This document shows, piece by piece, positions 40,073-53,825 of a DNA stretch of 64,000 nucleotides (its first letter is position 1; the number at the start of each line of letters is the position of its first letter). The notes beneath the pieces were generated by a model. The model made no database searches. It was not told the origin of the DNA and was given only the letters and a program-made list of their open reading frames with translations. The stretch lies in the NCBI RefSeq assembly GCF_030684315.1, contig NC_081363.1, forward strand, positions 27,840,116 through 27,904,115, given 5' to 3'. Origin of the DNA: Stegostoma tigrinum (Eukaryota). The translations under genes were made by a program, and so were the position numbers.

Positions 40073-40397
40073 AAGGGGTCACCTTATGGTCTTTGCAGCT
40101 GATGGAGAGTCCCACTCACTCGGACAGAAGATCAGAAACCTGAACACAAGCCCCCCAGAATTTCTTGAACATTTTCTGTTAATCACCCACCCTGCCCACT
40201 TTGAGTTTCGTGGAAATTTGTCCCATGTCCTTTGTGCCTAAGAAAGGTCTGAAAAGATTTTTGTGCAGTTCAATGCTGACAACCATCTGCCAACTCACCT
40301 AAGTAACCCCAATTCAGCTCAGCTGGTGAGAGTTGACATGAGTACATCATAGCCAATGTGCTAATTGAACTTCTATTCAATAATTTCCACTGGACGA

Positions 40398-40825
40398 CCA
40401 TAAGACCATTAGGATATAGGAGCAGAATTAGGACATTTGGCTCATTACGTCTTCCCCACTTTTTGATCATAGTTGATATGTTTCTCAGCCTCATTCTCCT
40501 ACCTTCTCCCTGTAAGTCCTTGATCCCCTTACCAATCAAGAAGGCATTTTTCTCTGTCTTAAAGAAACTCAATGACTGGCTCATTGCAGGCAATGAGTCC
40601 CACAGATTAACCACCCTCTGGCTGGAGAAATTTAATCTCATCTCAGTTCTAAAGGGTTTTACCTTCACTCTGAGGTTGTGCCGTCACATCTTAGCTTCTC
40701 CTCCTGGAGGGAACACCTTCTCTTACATCCACTCTGTCCGGGCCTCTCAGTATTCTGTGAGTTTCAACGAAATCGCCCCTCACCTTTCTAAACTCCACCA
40801 AGTGCAGACATAGAATCCTCAACCA
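40398..40825 (-). mobile_element. CR1 LINE 3' fragment
   Basis: KPFRTEMRLNFSSQRVVNLWDSLP. Confidence 0.88.
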
Positions 40826-42894
40826 ATCAAATGATCAAGGGTGCGTGCTCTAATTGTACATTTTCTTGTTCTAAAATTGATCATTTTACTGCAACCCTTT
40901 TAAAAACTTAGTGCCATCTGTTTTTTTCTTTACTGGTTACTCAAGTAAGAAGTTGTAGATGGCCCAAGTTAAAATGTGACAGTGTGAATGACAATAGCTC
41001 TCTAAAAGGATCAGGCTGACAGCCGGAGGGATTCAGTCATCTGTGTAACATGGTGGTGAAGTTTAACTGGACCACGCTGTCCTCAAAAATGACTATGCAG
41101 AAAGCATTAGCAGCAAGCATGGAAAGTTGAAATTCTATTAGCACGATGAGAATTAATGTTCTGAATTTTTTGATATCCAGACAGTCACAGATGGGCCCTG
41201 CACATGAGAACACTATGACACTCCTTCTCTCACTCCAAACCCTATTTTCCCTCACAGTTGGACGTGACCTTCCGTTCACTCACTCTGGACCAGATCCCTC
41301 TCAAACTCTCGGGGCTAACATCTGTTCTTCTGCTGTGGGCCCAAACTGCCTCCATATGCAACACTGCATCCCCCCAGTCCCAGTAACACCCCTAACCCCA
41401 CTCCACACAACTCATCAACCCTGAGACCCAATCTACACTGGCCCCTCACCTTCCACCATCATCTCCTGACATGACACTCTCTGACCTGACATCTATTGGC
41501 CTCTTGCCCCTACCAACCCCAAGTTCTCACCCTTATCTACCCTGCATGACCTACCATACCCACTTGGCAGTGAGAGCCAATGTAATTAGCAAAAAAGGTT
41601 TAAACAAGATGATAAATATTTCAAGTTTTCATTATGTGTTTGGTAACTTTTTTGTAAGTTTTGTAATTAAGACTTTCTATCCATTTTTTTTAGGTTTAGA
41701 TTTGTCATTGCATTAGGTTTATTCTTAACCTAAAAAAGAACAGGATCATTATTTCATTAGAGAAATTGTGTGCATTCTATACATTCCCCCAACTCTGGAA
41801 GGAGACCAGCAAGAAACTGACATAAGCCTCTGTTTCCTAAGATTCCAACTAGCAACTCACAGAGACCCAAGAGCACATGTTGCATTTCAGATTTGAAGAC
41901 CAGAAGCTCGAAAGATATAAACAAAACGTCCCATGTAAGGTATTAATTTGCAGCCAGAAGCTATGAATGGAAAACAGGGAACTGCTGGAAAATGCAACCA
42001 AAACTAGAAACAAATATATTGTTATCAAGAGATGGAACGCTGCATTGCTGACAAGTATTTCAGAAGTTGTTGGCTCAACTAATAATGGGGTGCCTACATA
42101 TCCAAAAAAAAGACTGACAAGTCCTTCAAAAAGCATCAGTTTAACTGGGAAAAAAGAACAAGAAATTGCTGGAAAAACTCAGCAGGTCTGGTAGAAATCA
42201 AAATTAACATTTCGAGGACATTGACCCGTCTTCAGAATGGATCTTGCATTTCTTCAAATCATTTCTGATGTGGAAAGCCTGAAGAAACACCTTTTAATTG
42301 ATATCACTTTGAATAGTTCAGCTATGGGATGGTCTGGAAACCATACTTGCCCTGTGTTCAGAAGTTGTAGTCTAGCTATAGATTAGTGGTAAAATGAAAA
42401 TGTTATTAAATTATGTCATACTGATTTATTATTCATATTAGGAACAAATTCATGCACAGTAGCTTAAAGTAACATAGATAACCAGCTCAACACTATGACA
42501 GTAGCAGCTAGAGATTTTTTACTGCATTTTTTTCACTCTTTCAATTAGAATAACATAGAGTGGAACGATCCGTCATTCAACAGAAATAAATGGTATGTAG
42601 ACATTCTTGTTGTCCCATCCAAATGTTCACTTGCCCCTTCATCCTCACTACAAGAAGATATTCCTTGCCCTCTCCCAGCCATTGTCCAATTTCATACAAA
42701 GAAAAGGAGGGGTAAAGATTTTGGATAACTCTTAAGAAATTCTCCTCTAAATGTTATTGAGCAAGATGAGAGGGACCAGACTAAGTAAATGTTGCAACAC
42801 TCTAATATGCCATTTATTTTCTCTAGCTTACTCATTCTGCCAATTATTAGTTGGAGATAGTCTTTCTCATTTCCCAGATGCACTGTTTGGTCCA

Positions 42895-43131
42895 TCTACT
42901 CCTTCATTTTATTTCTCTTTTGTGCCTTAAGTGTACTTGAGGACAACTCTGAGATGGTTAGCAGTCAACCACACCTGTGAGTCTGGAGTCATAAGTAGGC
43001 TAGACTGGGTAGACTGCATCAAGAAGGCAGCTCGCTACCACCTTCCCAATTAGGGATGGGAAATAAATGATGGAAGCCAGTGATGACAAAATCTATGAGT
43101 GAATTAAAAAACCAGGGAGGCTTTTATGTTA
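42895..43131 (+). repeat. Left arm of an inverted duplication (partner 45995-46226)
   Basis: Reverse-complement match with few substitutions and two small indels. Confidence 0.92.
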
Positions 43132-43262
43132 GAGATAATGGGAACTGCAGATGCTGGAGAATCAGAGATAACAAAGTTTGGAGCTGGATGAACACAGCAG
43201 GCCAAGCAGCATCAGAGGGACAGGAAAGCTGATGTTTTGGGCCTAGACCCTTCTTCAGAAAT
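43132..43262 (-). mobile_element. Solo PLE pseudo-LTR, family A
   Basis: gataatgggaactgcagatgctggagaatc...gcctagacccttcttcagaaatgg. Confidence 0.88.
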
Positions 43263-44595
43263 GGTTATGGGATTACTAGCCCAGGAACATAACCACTATG
43301 TTACCGCATCCTCATCTCATGTAGGCACACATCTCTCTCTCCACCCCACCGGACTTTCCTGTCTCCTGTATCTTCTTCCCCTGTCCAACTCACAGAAAGG
43401 CTTTCTTTCCCATGGCCTCCCATTCACCAAGGCATTCGCCTTTCATGATTTGAGTATCATTGCTCGTGCCCAATAGTGCTGTATTACTTATGGTGGTTAC
43501 TGGAAATTATGTCCAGAATGGGTAGCCTGTCAGAAGTACGGTAAGATCAGGAATTTGTACGAAAGGCACATAGCAAATCAAGCCAGCAATATCAAGTAGC
43601 AGGAGATAATTTTCAAAGGACCGTGGAGGTATACATTCTATTAACAAAGCAAAGAAATTGCAGAATAATTTTCCAGTGACTCAGTTTATATGTATTTTCT
43701 TTAACAGTATAAATCAGGTGATTCTGTGACCTGCCATTTCCTCAGAAGTTACACTTAAAGAGAAAATATGCAAGTATGGCCCATGAGTTTCTATTTTCTT
43801 TACTTACAATTAATAGACACAAATTCACAAATTCTTTGCTTGAATGTCCTGTAGCAACAACTTCCAATTGGAAATAGCACATCTTAGAATCAGCCCTATC
43901 CTTCTCGTTATTTCCTCTTTCATTTTATGATACACAGGGAAGACCTTGCAAAGACAGACAAGAACTAGTCAAATCATGTATTTTATAATGTCACCACTCA
44001 GTGACAATGCACACATCATGACACTGTTCTCCCATGTAAAAAGTCATTTTTACAATAAACAGCTCATGGTTGCATTAAAGAACTTCTAAAACCAATACAC
44101 AAACAAATCTTTGCAAACATGCAAGTTGTAGTCCAGAACAGACCACGTCAAAATATTTTAAGAAGGTAGCCTAGACCCTAACTTCTTGTAATTTTAAAGA
44201 TAGATGTGGAAGTGCACATTCCAAATATGATGGGGCTGGTCAAAATACTCAACATTATTCAAAACACAATTTATTTAAATACTACTGTTAAATACAAACA
44301 AAAGAAAGAGGAATTTAGAGTAACTCAACTATTGGAAATCTTAACAGAATAGCAAATATAGTACCTATAACTACTTAGCTGTTCCAATATAGTAACATCC
44401 CATGAACACAACCCTTAGTAAAAAGGGTAAATTCAGACACAGATTCTCACATGAAATTCTCCAATCCACGAGGGAACAATATTAAGCGAAATTTCAGAGA
44501 AAGTAGCAGCTAGGAATCATTCACTGAAGCTTCCAACTCTTCTGAGACTCCAAATGGTTCCTGATTGCTGGAAAGAACAAAACCTAGAAATCCTG

Positions 44596-44860
44596 AGATA
44601 ACAAGGCGTAGAGCTGGATGAACACAACAGGCCAAGCAGCATCAGAGGAGCAGGAAAGCTGATGTTTCGGGTCTAGACCCTTCATCAGAAATGGGAAAGG
44701 GGAGGGGGATTCTGAAATAAATAGGGAGAGAGGGGAAGGTGCATGGAAGATGGATAGAGGAGAAGATAGGTGGAGAGGAGGACAGGACAAGGAGGCAGGG
44801 ATGGAGCCAGTAAAGGTGAGTGCAGGTGGGGAGTTCAGGTGGAGGTTGGTCAATCCAGGG
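44596..44860 (-). mobile_element. PLE 3' end/pseudo-LTR with hammerhead core (44661-44688)
   Basis: Antisense reads CTGATGA-A-GGGTCtaGACCC-GAAA-CATC; homologous to 2330-2594. Confidence 0.88.
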
Positions 44861-44954
44861 AAGACCTGTCCATCTCCTCTCTAGTGTAATATCTAAGACC
44901 TCTCTCTCTTCACATGCTCAATCTGGTCTGTTGTTGTCTATCCCCATGTCTTCA

Positions 44955-45088
44955 TGTGATAGTGATAATGGGAACTGCAGATGCTGGAGAGTCCAAGATA
45001 ATAAAATGTGAGGCTGGATGAACACAACAGGCCCAGCAGCATCTCAGGAGGACAAAAGCTGACGTTCCGGGCCTAGACCCTTCAGCAG
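44955..45088 (-). mobile_element. Solo family A pseudo-LTR with 10-bp TSD
   Basis: CATGTCTTCA at 44945-44954 and 45089-45098. Confidence 0.85.
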
Positions 45089-45994
45089 CATGTCTTCAGT
45101 TGCATTATCACACAGTCAGTTATGACTGACAGGTATCCAGAAGTCTCAGGGGCTGAGGAAGTACAGTTGAGGGGGTCAGCGACATGTTAAGTGGGGTGGT
45201 AATTTTAATAATTACCTAGGACTGAGAGTAGGTGTGTAATCAACTAACCTTTCCTGGGTAAATATTCAGCTTAGGTGATTGAAATCCTAAAAATTCTTTC
45301 TCTAAGGGAATTTTCAGTGAAATCTTCTATTTGAAAGTGTAATTTCTAAGGCAATCCTCATTATAGTCAGCTGCATTTGGGGGATCCACATGGTCTTGAT
45401 GCACAATTCCAGTCTACATTGTGCCAAAATCTCTCTCTGGCCATAGGTATATCTGGTCAAAAATGTGGGTTCTTTCGTTGGAAATAAGACTGTACTGACA
45501 ACATTCATTAGGAGACGGAGAGCATTACATCTGATGTCTATCAGTGCTGTCGCGGACAGACTGTATGTTTTAAGACCAATACATCACATCTTATTGAGAT
45601 GGGTCATGATCAGCAGTAGTTTAGGGCACTTTCCCTTAAAAGCATATGTGCATTACATCACAACAGGTCATATAAACAGTAATATGATAACGATCTATTA
45701 AATTGTTACCTGGAAATGTAAATTGAAGGATAAAAATTGACCAGGATCTTGGAAGGACTCCTCTACTCTTCCTCAAACAGTGACATGGAATCATTTCCAT
45801 TCATCTGAGAGTTCAGTGGTTTGATTCAAAAGATGGCACATCTGCTCAAGGAGTAACTTGACTAGATGAGCCAAATGGCCTCTTTCTTTGCTATAAATGA
45901 CTGTGACTCTTCCTTGGTACTGCTAACTACTGAAGGACATTACATTTATGACTAAATGAAGGTAACGGTAAGGGTGACCATGAAACTGCCAACT

Positions 45995-46226
45995 TAACAT
46001 AAAAGCCTCCCTGGTTTTTTTTAATTCACTCATAGATTTTGCCATCACTGGCTTCCATCATTTATTTCCCATTCCTAATTGGGAAAATGGTAGCAATGCA
46101 GTCTACCCAGTCTAGCCTACTTATGACTCTAGACTCACAGGTGTGGTTGACTGCTAACCATCTCAGAGTTGTCCTCAAGTACAACTAAGGATTATGCACA
46201 AAAGAGAAAGAAAATGAAGGAGTAGA
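45995..46226 (-). repeat. Right arm of an inverted duplication (partner 42895-43131)
   Basis: Reverse-complement match. Confidence 0.92.
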
Positions 46227-46961
46227 CTAAAATTGCACAAAGGAAAACGAGACTATTTGAACAAACTAATGATCAATTGTCTTTGTCCTGCACAGCTTAT
46301 TTTGATCTGCTGTATTAGAGCCAGTAAGGTGGAAGGGTGAGGGGGGCAGTGTAGTGGGGTGGTTGGGGGCGGGGGGGTGGTGCGGGAAGCCTTCTGAGGA
46401 TCACAGTTTTCCATAAACGTAATCTCATTATGTCATGTCAAAGCATTAATTGGATCTGTCAAGCATAGATATGAGTTGAAACATTTTGCAATCAAGTAGC
46501 TGCTTGCTCCAGATGCTCCATTTGGTCCTTGTTCATTATCATAATTGGCAGTTCTATACTCAGAGACCTCTCAAGCTGGAATGAATATGACAATTTTCCA
46601 CCATCTATTTAGTTCATGTTTTCCAAGTAGCAAATTCTACACCATTAAGCACTCAATGCAATTAAAGCACTCGTAATCCTGACACAAAATGCAATTTGAG
46701 GAGGAAATTCTTTTTATTTTACTGATTTAATGTGCTCCTGGATGTATTAATATCTCACACTAAATACACATCTGTATTATAGTCAGATCTATATGGACTG
46801 CTAGCATGGTGATTTGCCACCTATAGAATAGATCAGGAGAATATTGTGAGTGTTTTATGCATTTTCTAACAAACACACCAGTAATGTAAGTGCAACCTCG
46901 GTCAACACATGTAGAAAGTAAGCTATTCGCCCCAAGGAGGAGCAGGCATACCTTTATAAGT

Positions 46962-47177
46962 AAAAACTGAAAGAACTCTGGGTGTTGGAAATCAGAACCA
47001 AAAACAGAAACTGCTGGAAAAGCTCAGCAAGTCTGGCAGCATCTGTGGAGAGAAATGAGAGTTAATATTTCTAGTCCAGTGACACTTCCTCAGAACTGGA
47101 TCCAAAACATTAACTCTTGACTTCTCTCCACGGACACTGCCAGACTTGCTGAGCTTTTCCAGCAATCCCTGTGTTTG
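46962..47177. mobile_element. Family B fold-back element with probable 11-bp TSD
   Basis: Inverted arms ctgctggaaaagctcagcaagtctggcag / ctgccagacttgctgagcttttccagca; CC(T/A)TTATAAGT at 46951-46961 and 47178-47188; minus-strand AGTT-CTGAGGA...GAAA-TATT-AACT. Confidence 0.82.
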
Positions 47178-48719
47178 CCATTATAAGTTATCTTGAACAG
47201 AAACAAATAATGTTCACTGAGAAGTGTGAGTTCCATAACAATCCCATCACATTGCTTTGAGTTTACACAATGGATATGAAAGTAACACATATGCGCAGGT
47301 TTATCGTAAAATAACATCTTCATTCAGTACTAGTTCAATGCAGAATAATAAAATATGCTTAGCTGCAATCCAGAGGTAAGAACCTATCAAAAGTAAATAA
47401 CTTCATCATTTCTGCATTATATTTCATGACTCAAATAAATCTTCTTGATTTAGAATGCACAGAATGTATTTAAAGTATTCCACTGCCTTTATTGAGATAT
47501 GCAATATGTTCATTGTGATATAGCTTTGAGGTTTCAATTCCAGTAATGACATTTCCTACTAACATAGTATACTTCATAGGTTTTCCTATTAAATATTTAA
47601 AAAGAGACAATTTAAATGCTGATGTGAAAAAACAATACATCCATGTAATCACTCACCTAAATATAACTGTTAATTGATCATACCCATGCTAGATTTAAAG
47701 GGAGAACAATACAATAGATGATGGGCATTATGATTGATTTGGAGGATGGTTAATTGAATTAAAGCACAGATAAATTCATGTCACTGGGAAATGAAATCAT
47801 TTTGCAATAAAGATTTAGCATTTCTCAATACTCAGTTATTGTCAGGGAATTGTAAAGTAAATTCTGTCACTGGATGTGTTAAGGCTATTTTAAAGTGAAC
47901 TTCTACAGCAAAAAGATCCTTAAGAATTAGCTCCTATCTCTCACTGCCAGTACCAATGTTAAACAATGCACTGAGCGCATCATTCAAGACACGCAATTCA
48001 ATAAATCACACCAGGGCATTAATAGCCAAGCTCAAGGAATGAATATGAAACAACTACCAGAAATTATTGTTCCCTGCTTGTTCTTTATCTGTTCTTTACA
48101 AGGAAGGAAGAATAATGTACCTTAATTTAACAGTTCATTCAAATGGATTGCAGATTCAGGAAGTGTGGTACATCATTTGTGCTGTAAATTAGAGTAACAT
48201 ACAAAGCACAGAGGGGAAACTAACTGTTAAGGCAGCAGATGTGTTTCCAAAGAATAGATGTTGATTCAACAGCAGTTGATGTGAATCCAGACTGTATTTT
48301 TCCCACTTCACATGGTATACTCTGCACTGTATTCTTGCATTAGCTGCGTGACTTAACTTCTGACTGTCCAGTGCACACTAATTAAATGAGAAATTTGTCA
48401 TGAACAGGATCCCAGAAGCTAAAATAGTTTCCAGGAAGTGATCTCAAAGGACGGCACAAGTATGATTTTGGTTGTGACACTTTTGATGAGAAAACTCCCA
48501 CAATTGTAAAGGAAATAGGAATGGAAATTTCCATAGCAAGTGTTGTTAGATTGGTTTAGTGGTATTTACATTGCAGTAAAATATTTTACTCATGTACAAA
48601 CAAACAAATCAGTAGCAGGAACTGGCCATCTAGCCTTTCAAGCCTATTGCCAGATATGACTCCAGACAGCAGAAAATTTTCTCCTTAAATTCAGTGACTC
48701 CAATTTTGCTAGAGTTCCT

Positions 48720-49870
48720 TGATGCCTCACTCAGTCGAATGTGTCCCTGATGTCAAAGGGCTGTCACTCTCAGCTCACCTCTGGAATTCACCTTTTTTGT
48801 CCATGTTTGAACCAAGGCTGTAATGAAGTCAGGAGCTGAGTGGTCCTGGTGGAGCCCAAACCGGGCGTCACTGAGCAGGTTATTGCTGAGCAGATGCTGC
48901 TCAGTGTAGAACTTTTGACACTTTCCATCACTTTACTGTGATCAAGAGTGCTATTCCCGGAATGTTGTCAGAACCATAGTCATTGTAGTATGCAGTGCCT
49001 CCAACCATTCCTTGACATCATGTGGAGTAAATCAAATTTGCTGAATACTTGTACCTCTAATGCTGGGGACCATTGGAGAAGGCTGAGATGGATCATCCAC
49101 TTGGCACTTCTGGCTAAAGATGGCTACGAATGCGTCAGCCTTATCTTTTGCACTGATGTGCGGGACTCTTCCATCATTGAGGATGGGGATATTTGTGGAG
49201 CTTCCTCCTCATCCAGTAGGTTGTTTAATTTTCCACTAACATTCATGACCAGATGTGGCAGAACTGCAGAGCTTAGATCTGATCATTCCTTTTGGAATCA
49301 CTTAGCTCCATCTATCACTTACTGCTTGTGCTGTTTGGCAGGGAAGTAGTCCTGTTTGGAAGCTTGGCCATGTTGACACCTCATTTTCAGGTATGGCATG
49401 CCCTCCTGCACTCTCCATTGAACCAAAGTTGATCCCCTGGCTTGATGGTAATGGTTGAGTGTGGGATATGCCAGGCCATGAGGTTACAGATTATGCTGGT
49501 GTACAATTCTGCTGCTGTTGATGGCCCACAGCCTTACAGTGACAGTGCCACACAAGATAATGGAGGGTATCCTCAACGTGAAGGTGGAACTTCGTCTCCA
49601 CAAGGACTGTGCAGTGGTCACTCTTACCGATACTGTCATGGACAGACACTTCTGCAGCCGGCAGATTGATTAGGATGAGTTCAATTATGTTTTTCCCTCT
49701 TATTTGTATCCTCACCATCTGGTGCAGAATCAGTCCAGCAGGAATGTCCTTTAGAACCGGACCAGCTCGATCAGTAGTACTGAGGCTGATCCACTCTTGG
49801 TGGTGGCATTGAAATCCCCCCCAAGTGTCCTTGCCATCCTCAGTGCTTCTTCCAAGTATTGTTCAATCAG
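48720..49870 (-). mobile_element. Degenerate LINE (AP-endonuclease/linker region), probably the same group as 10878-11760
   Basis: GGDFN motif; NLPAAEVSVHDSIGKSDH (APE C-terminal SDH). Confidence 0.75.
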
Positions 49871-49884
49871 CCAAGTGAGGGGTG

Positions 49885-50190
49885 GAAAGAGAGGAACAGA
49901 AACAGATGGACAGAAACAGAGGGACAAAAACAGAGGGGCACAGAGTGGCGCAAACAGAGGGGCACAAACAGAAGGGCACAAACAGAGGGGCAGAAACAGA
50001 GGGGCAGAAACAGAGGTCGAGAAACAGAAGTCGAGAAACAAAGGACAGAAACAGAGGGCAAAAAACACAGTGCATGAAACAGTGGGCGCGAAAGAGAGGG
50101 AAAGAAACAGAGTGATAGAAAAAGAGGGCGCAAAACAGAGAGTGCGAAACAGTGGGGAGGAAATAGATGGGCAGAAACAGAGGGCACAAA
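49885..50190. repeat. Purine-rich low-complexity tandem repeat (about 16-bp AAACAGAGGGGCAG units)
   Basis: Directly visible. Confidence 0.9.
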
Positions 50191-50194
50191 AGTG

Positions 50195-52140
50195 TGATAA
50201 GTTCCTCAACCCCATCCTCCTGCTTTCTCCCTGTAACCATTGGTCCCCTTGAAAGTCAAGAAACTATCTAACGCAGCCTTAAGTATACTCAATGACCTGG
50301 CCTCCACAGCCTTCTGTGGCAGTGAAATCCATAGATTCACCACTCCCTGGCTGAAGAAGTTTCTCCTTATCTCCATTCTAAAAGGTCCCCCCTTTACTCT
50401 TAGGCTGTGCCGTCAGGTCCTAGTCTCTCCTACCAATGGAAGCATCTTCCCAACATTCACTTTGGCCAGGCCATTCAATATTCTGAAAGTTTCAATTAGA
50501 TCCCCCCTCATCCTTCTAAACTCCACTGAATATAGTCCGAGAGACCTCAAATGCTCCTCAAATGTTAAGCTTTTTCATTCCAGGGACCATTCTTGTGAAC
50601 CTCCTCTGAACCCGCTCCAGGCCAGTACATCCTTCCTGAGATATGGGGCCCAAAACTGTACGCAATACTTGAAATGTGGCCTGACCATAGTCTTGTAAAG
50701 CCTCAGTAGTACATCCCTGCTTTTATATTCAAGTCCACTCAAAATAAATGCCAACATTGCATTTTCCTTCCTGATTACTGATTCAACCTGCAAGTTTACC
50801 CTGAGAGAATCCTGGACTAGAACTCCCAAGTCTCTTTGTACTTCAGAATTCAGGATTTTCTGCCCATTTAGAAAATAGTCCTTGCTTTTATTCTTCTTAT
50901 CAAAGTGCATGACCTCACACTTCCCCATGTTGTACTCCATCTGCCATTTCTTTGTCCACTCTCCTAACCTATCTGCAGCCTTCTGCAGCCTCCCCACCTC
51001 GTCAACACTACCTGTCCCTCCACCTGTCTTTGTATTGTCTGCAAACTTAGCCAGAATGCTCTCAGTTCCTTCATCTGGATCATTAATGTATAAAGTGAAA
51101 AGTTGTGGTCCCAGTACTGACCCTTGTGGAACACCACTTGTCACCGGCTGCCATCTTGAGAAAGACCCTTTTATCCACACTCACTGCTTTCAGCCAGACA
51201 GCCAATCTTCTATCCACGCTAGCACCTTGCCTCTAACACCATGGCCCCTTGTCTGACTCAGCAGCCTCCTGTGTGGCACCTTATCAAAGGCTTTCTTGAA
51301 GTCCAGGTAAATAACATCAATTGGCTCTCCTTGGTCCACTCTGCTCATTACTTCCTCAAAGAATTCTAGCAGATTTGACAGGCATGACCTCCCCTTGATG
51401 AAACCATGCTGACTTTGCTCTATTTTACCACACATTTCCAAATATTCAGCAATCTCATCCTTTACAATGGACTCCAAAATCTTACCCACGACCGAGGTTA
51501 CACTAATCAGCCTATAGCTTTCCGCCTTTTGCCTTACTTCCTTCTTAAACAGGAGCGTCACCTTAGCCATTTTCCAGTCCTCTGGGACCCTCCCTGACTC
51601 CAGTGAATCCTGAAAGATCATCACTAACGCTTCCACCTATCTCTTTAGTTAACTCCTTCAGAACTCTGGGGTGTAGTCCACTTGATCTAGGTGATTTGTC
51701 CACCTTCAGGCCAATCAGTTTTATTAGCACCTTTTCCTTGGTGATGGCCACCATACTCTGTTCTGCCCCCTGACTCTCTTGAATTATTGGGATATTGCTC
51801 GTGTCTTCCACCATGAAGACTGATGCGAAATAGTTATCCAGTTCTTCAGCCATTTCTTTGTTCCCCGCTACCATCTCTCCATCATCATTTTCCAGAGGTC
51901 CAATGTCTACTTTTGCCTCTCTTTTGCCCTTTATGTACCTAAAGAAACTCATACAGTCTTACAGACTGGCTAGCTTACCCTCATATGTAATCTTCTCCCT
52001 CCTTATTTCATTTTTTGTTGCCGTCTATTGGTCTTTGTAAGCTTCCTAGTCCTCTGGTTTTGCACTGCCCTTTGCCATATTGTATGTTTTCTGTTTTGGT
52101 TTTATGCTATCCCTGACTTCCTTACTCAGCCATGGTGGCC
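50195..52140 (-). mobile_element. CR1 LINE, about 1.9 kb, RT domain with frameshifts
   Basis: [54 protein letters not shown]. Confidence 0.96.
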
Positions 52141-52557
52141 GTATCCAGGTTCTTAATGAATTCAGATTCCACCATCTGTCTTGGCAAGATTCAAGCCTAA
52201 GTTCCCAGAAAATTACCTTGGTCTCTGCATTCGTAGTCTTGGCTGATGGATAATACCACTAGACAATAAACTCCTCATCATCATTTTCTCACGTTATACT
52301 ACTTTTTCCAGTACTATGACCACTCACTTTATTTATCTTTATCCCCAATATCCTCCTTATGACCTCCCTACAATTTACTTTTCTCCTTATCTTTATATCA
52401 TCAACATATATGATAACCATACCTCCCATTCTTTCATTCACATCATTTATATAAATTAGGAAAAGTTAAGAATTGATTCCTGTGATTCACTTCTCATTTC
52501 ATCCCACATACCAAAAAATGACCAATTTCTGTCAACAACGAATGAACCTTCTATCTG

Positions 52558-52751
52558 AGATAACAAGGTGTAGAGCTGGATGAACACAGCAGGACAAGCA
52601 GCATCAGAGGAGCAGGGAAGCTGACGTTTCAGGCCTAGACCCTTCTTCAGAAATTTATGAATTTCTGATGCTGCTTGGCCTGCTGTGTTCATCCAGCTCT
52701 ACACCTTGTTATCTCGGATTCTCTGGCATCTGCAGATCCTATTACCTCTGA
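52558..52751. mobile_element. Family A fold-back element with 13-bp TSD (1 mismatch); intact hammerhead core on - strand at 52623-52650
   Basis: AACCTTC(T/C)ATCTG at 52545-52557 and 52752-52764; CTGAAGA-A-GGGtctaggCCT-GAAA-CGTC. Confidence 0.88.
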
Positions 52752-52794
52752 AACCTTCCATCTGTGTTTGTATATTACCTTTAGACCCGTATAA

Positions 52795-52922
52795 AGAGCT
52801 GACCTCGACTGAGTGTTGCAGACTGGCACATTCCAAGGTCCAGGATCACATGCTGAGGGATGCACTACAGCTTGGGACAGCTGCCACCATGGTACAGTGC
52901 AAAAAGACCACCGAGGCAGCCT
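52795..52922 (+). mobile_element. Tx1/L1-clade LINE ORF2 C-terminal fragment
   Basis: ELTSTECCRLAHSKVQDHMLRDALQLG resembles the Tx1-type ORF2 end (from memory). Confidence 0.55.
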
Positions 52923-53825
52923 GTGACTGCTCAAGTGAAATAAAAATCATTAAGAAGGCAGGCCAGAAATACAGGCACAGCAAATGGAATAAATAGGGCA
53001 TCGAAACTGGACAATAAGTGAAGCATGCTAGGAAGGGGCAACACAGTGTGGAGCTGGAGGAACATAGCAGGTCAGGCAGAATCAGAGGAGCAGGAAAATT
53101 GGTGTTTCAGGTCAGGACCCTTCCTTAGAAATCTAGCCAGGAATGCCTGGTATAAGACAATTCTGCCTGGGAGCAAGATCCAAGCCCATACAAGTGAAAC
53201 CAGAGAGGCACCAGAACACATCAGGAAGTGTGAAAGGGCAATTCAGCCCTTCCTGACAAACAAACTAAACTAGATGCATGGTGCAGACATGCCGCAGTAA
53301 GACAAAAGACCAGGTGTATATTCTGGGTTAAAACCAGACTCCCCAGCCCAAGAACAGACACATCAAAGCAGTCATTGTTAAGCAAGTCAGTGAGAGCCAT
53401 TAGCAGCATTTCAAATTGATAAAGTCAATTAATTCAATACCTCTGATTGGTCAAGTCCTTGGAAAGCTCCGGAAGGTAACTGGCAAAACCTGGGGTACCC
53501 AACTCTCCAGCCTACCTAGGGGCACATTGGGATACAGCAGTGACCACGGCAGCTGGTCCTCCAACAAGAAAGAGAATCAACCCACAAACAGAGGAACAGA
53601 GTGAACAATTCAACAGACCAGCAAAGTTACCGAGTATCTGGGAAGTATTTCAAGTTTCTAAAGAACCAGATAGTTAGCAATAGAGTTGTTAGAAGTGTAA
53701 AGATTTAACACTTAACCTCTGTCGTCATCGAAAAGGATTGTGAACTGGTTCACTGACTGCAGACTCATGCTGTGTAGTCATTTCTTGATACATGCTAAAG
53801 CACCTGGGTAAATTAATATTGTGTA

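Noticed and set aside
43230-43258. Active hammerheads in copies at about 43230, 45060, 53105 and 62270
   Set aside because: Core substitutions (GAAA>AAAA or GGAA; CTGA>CTGC or CTAA) should inactivate them.
49751-50252. Several overlapping 100-150 aa ORFs
   Set aside because: Artefacts of a low-complexity tandem repeat.
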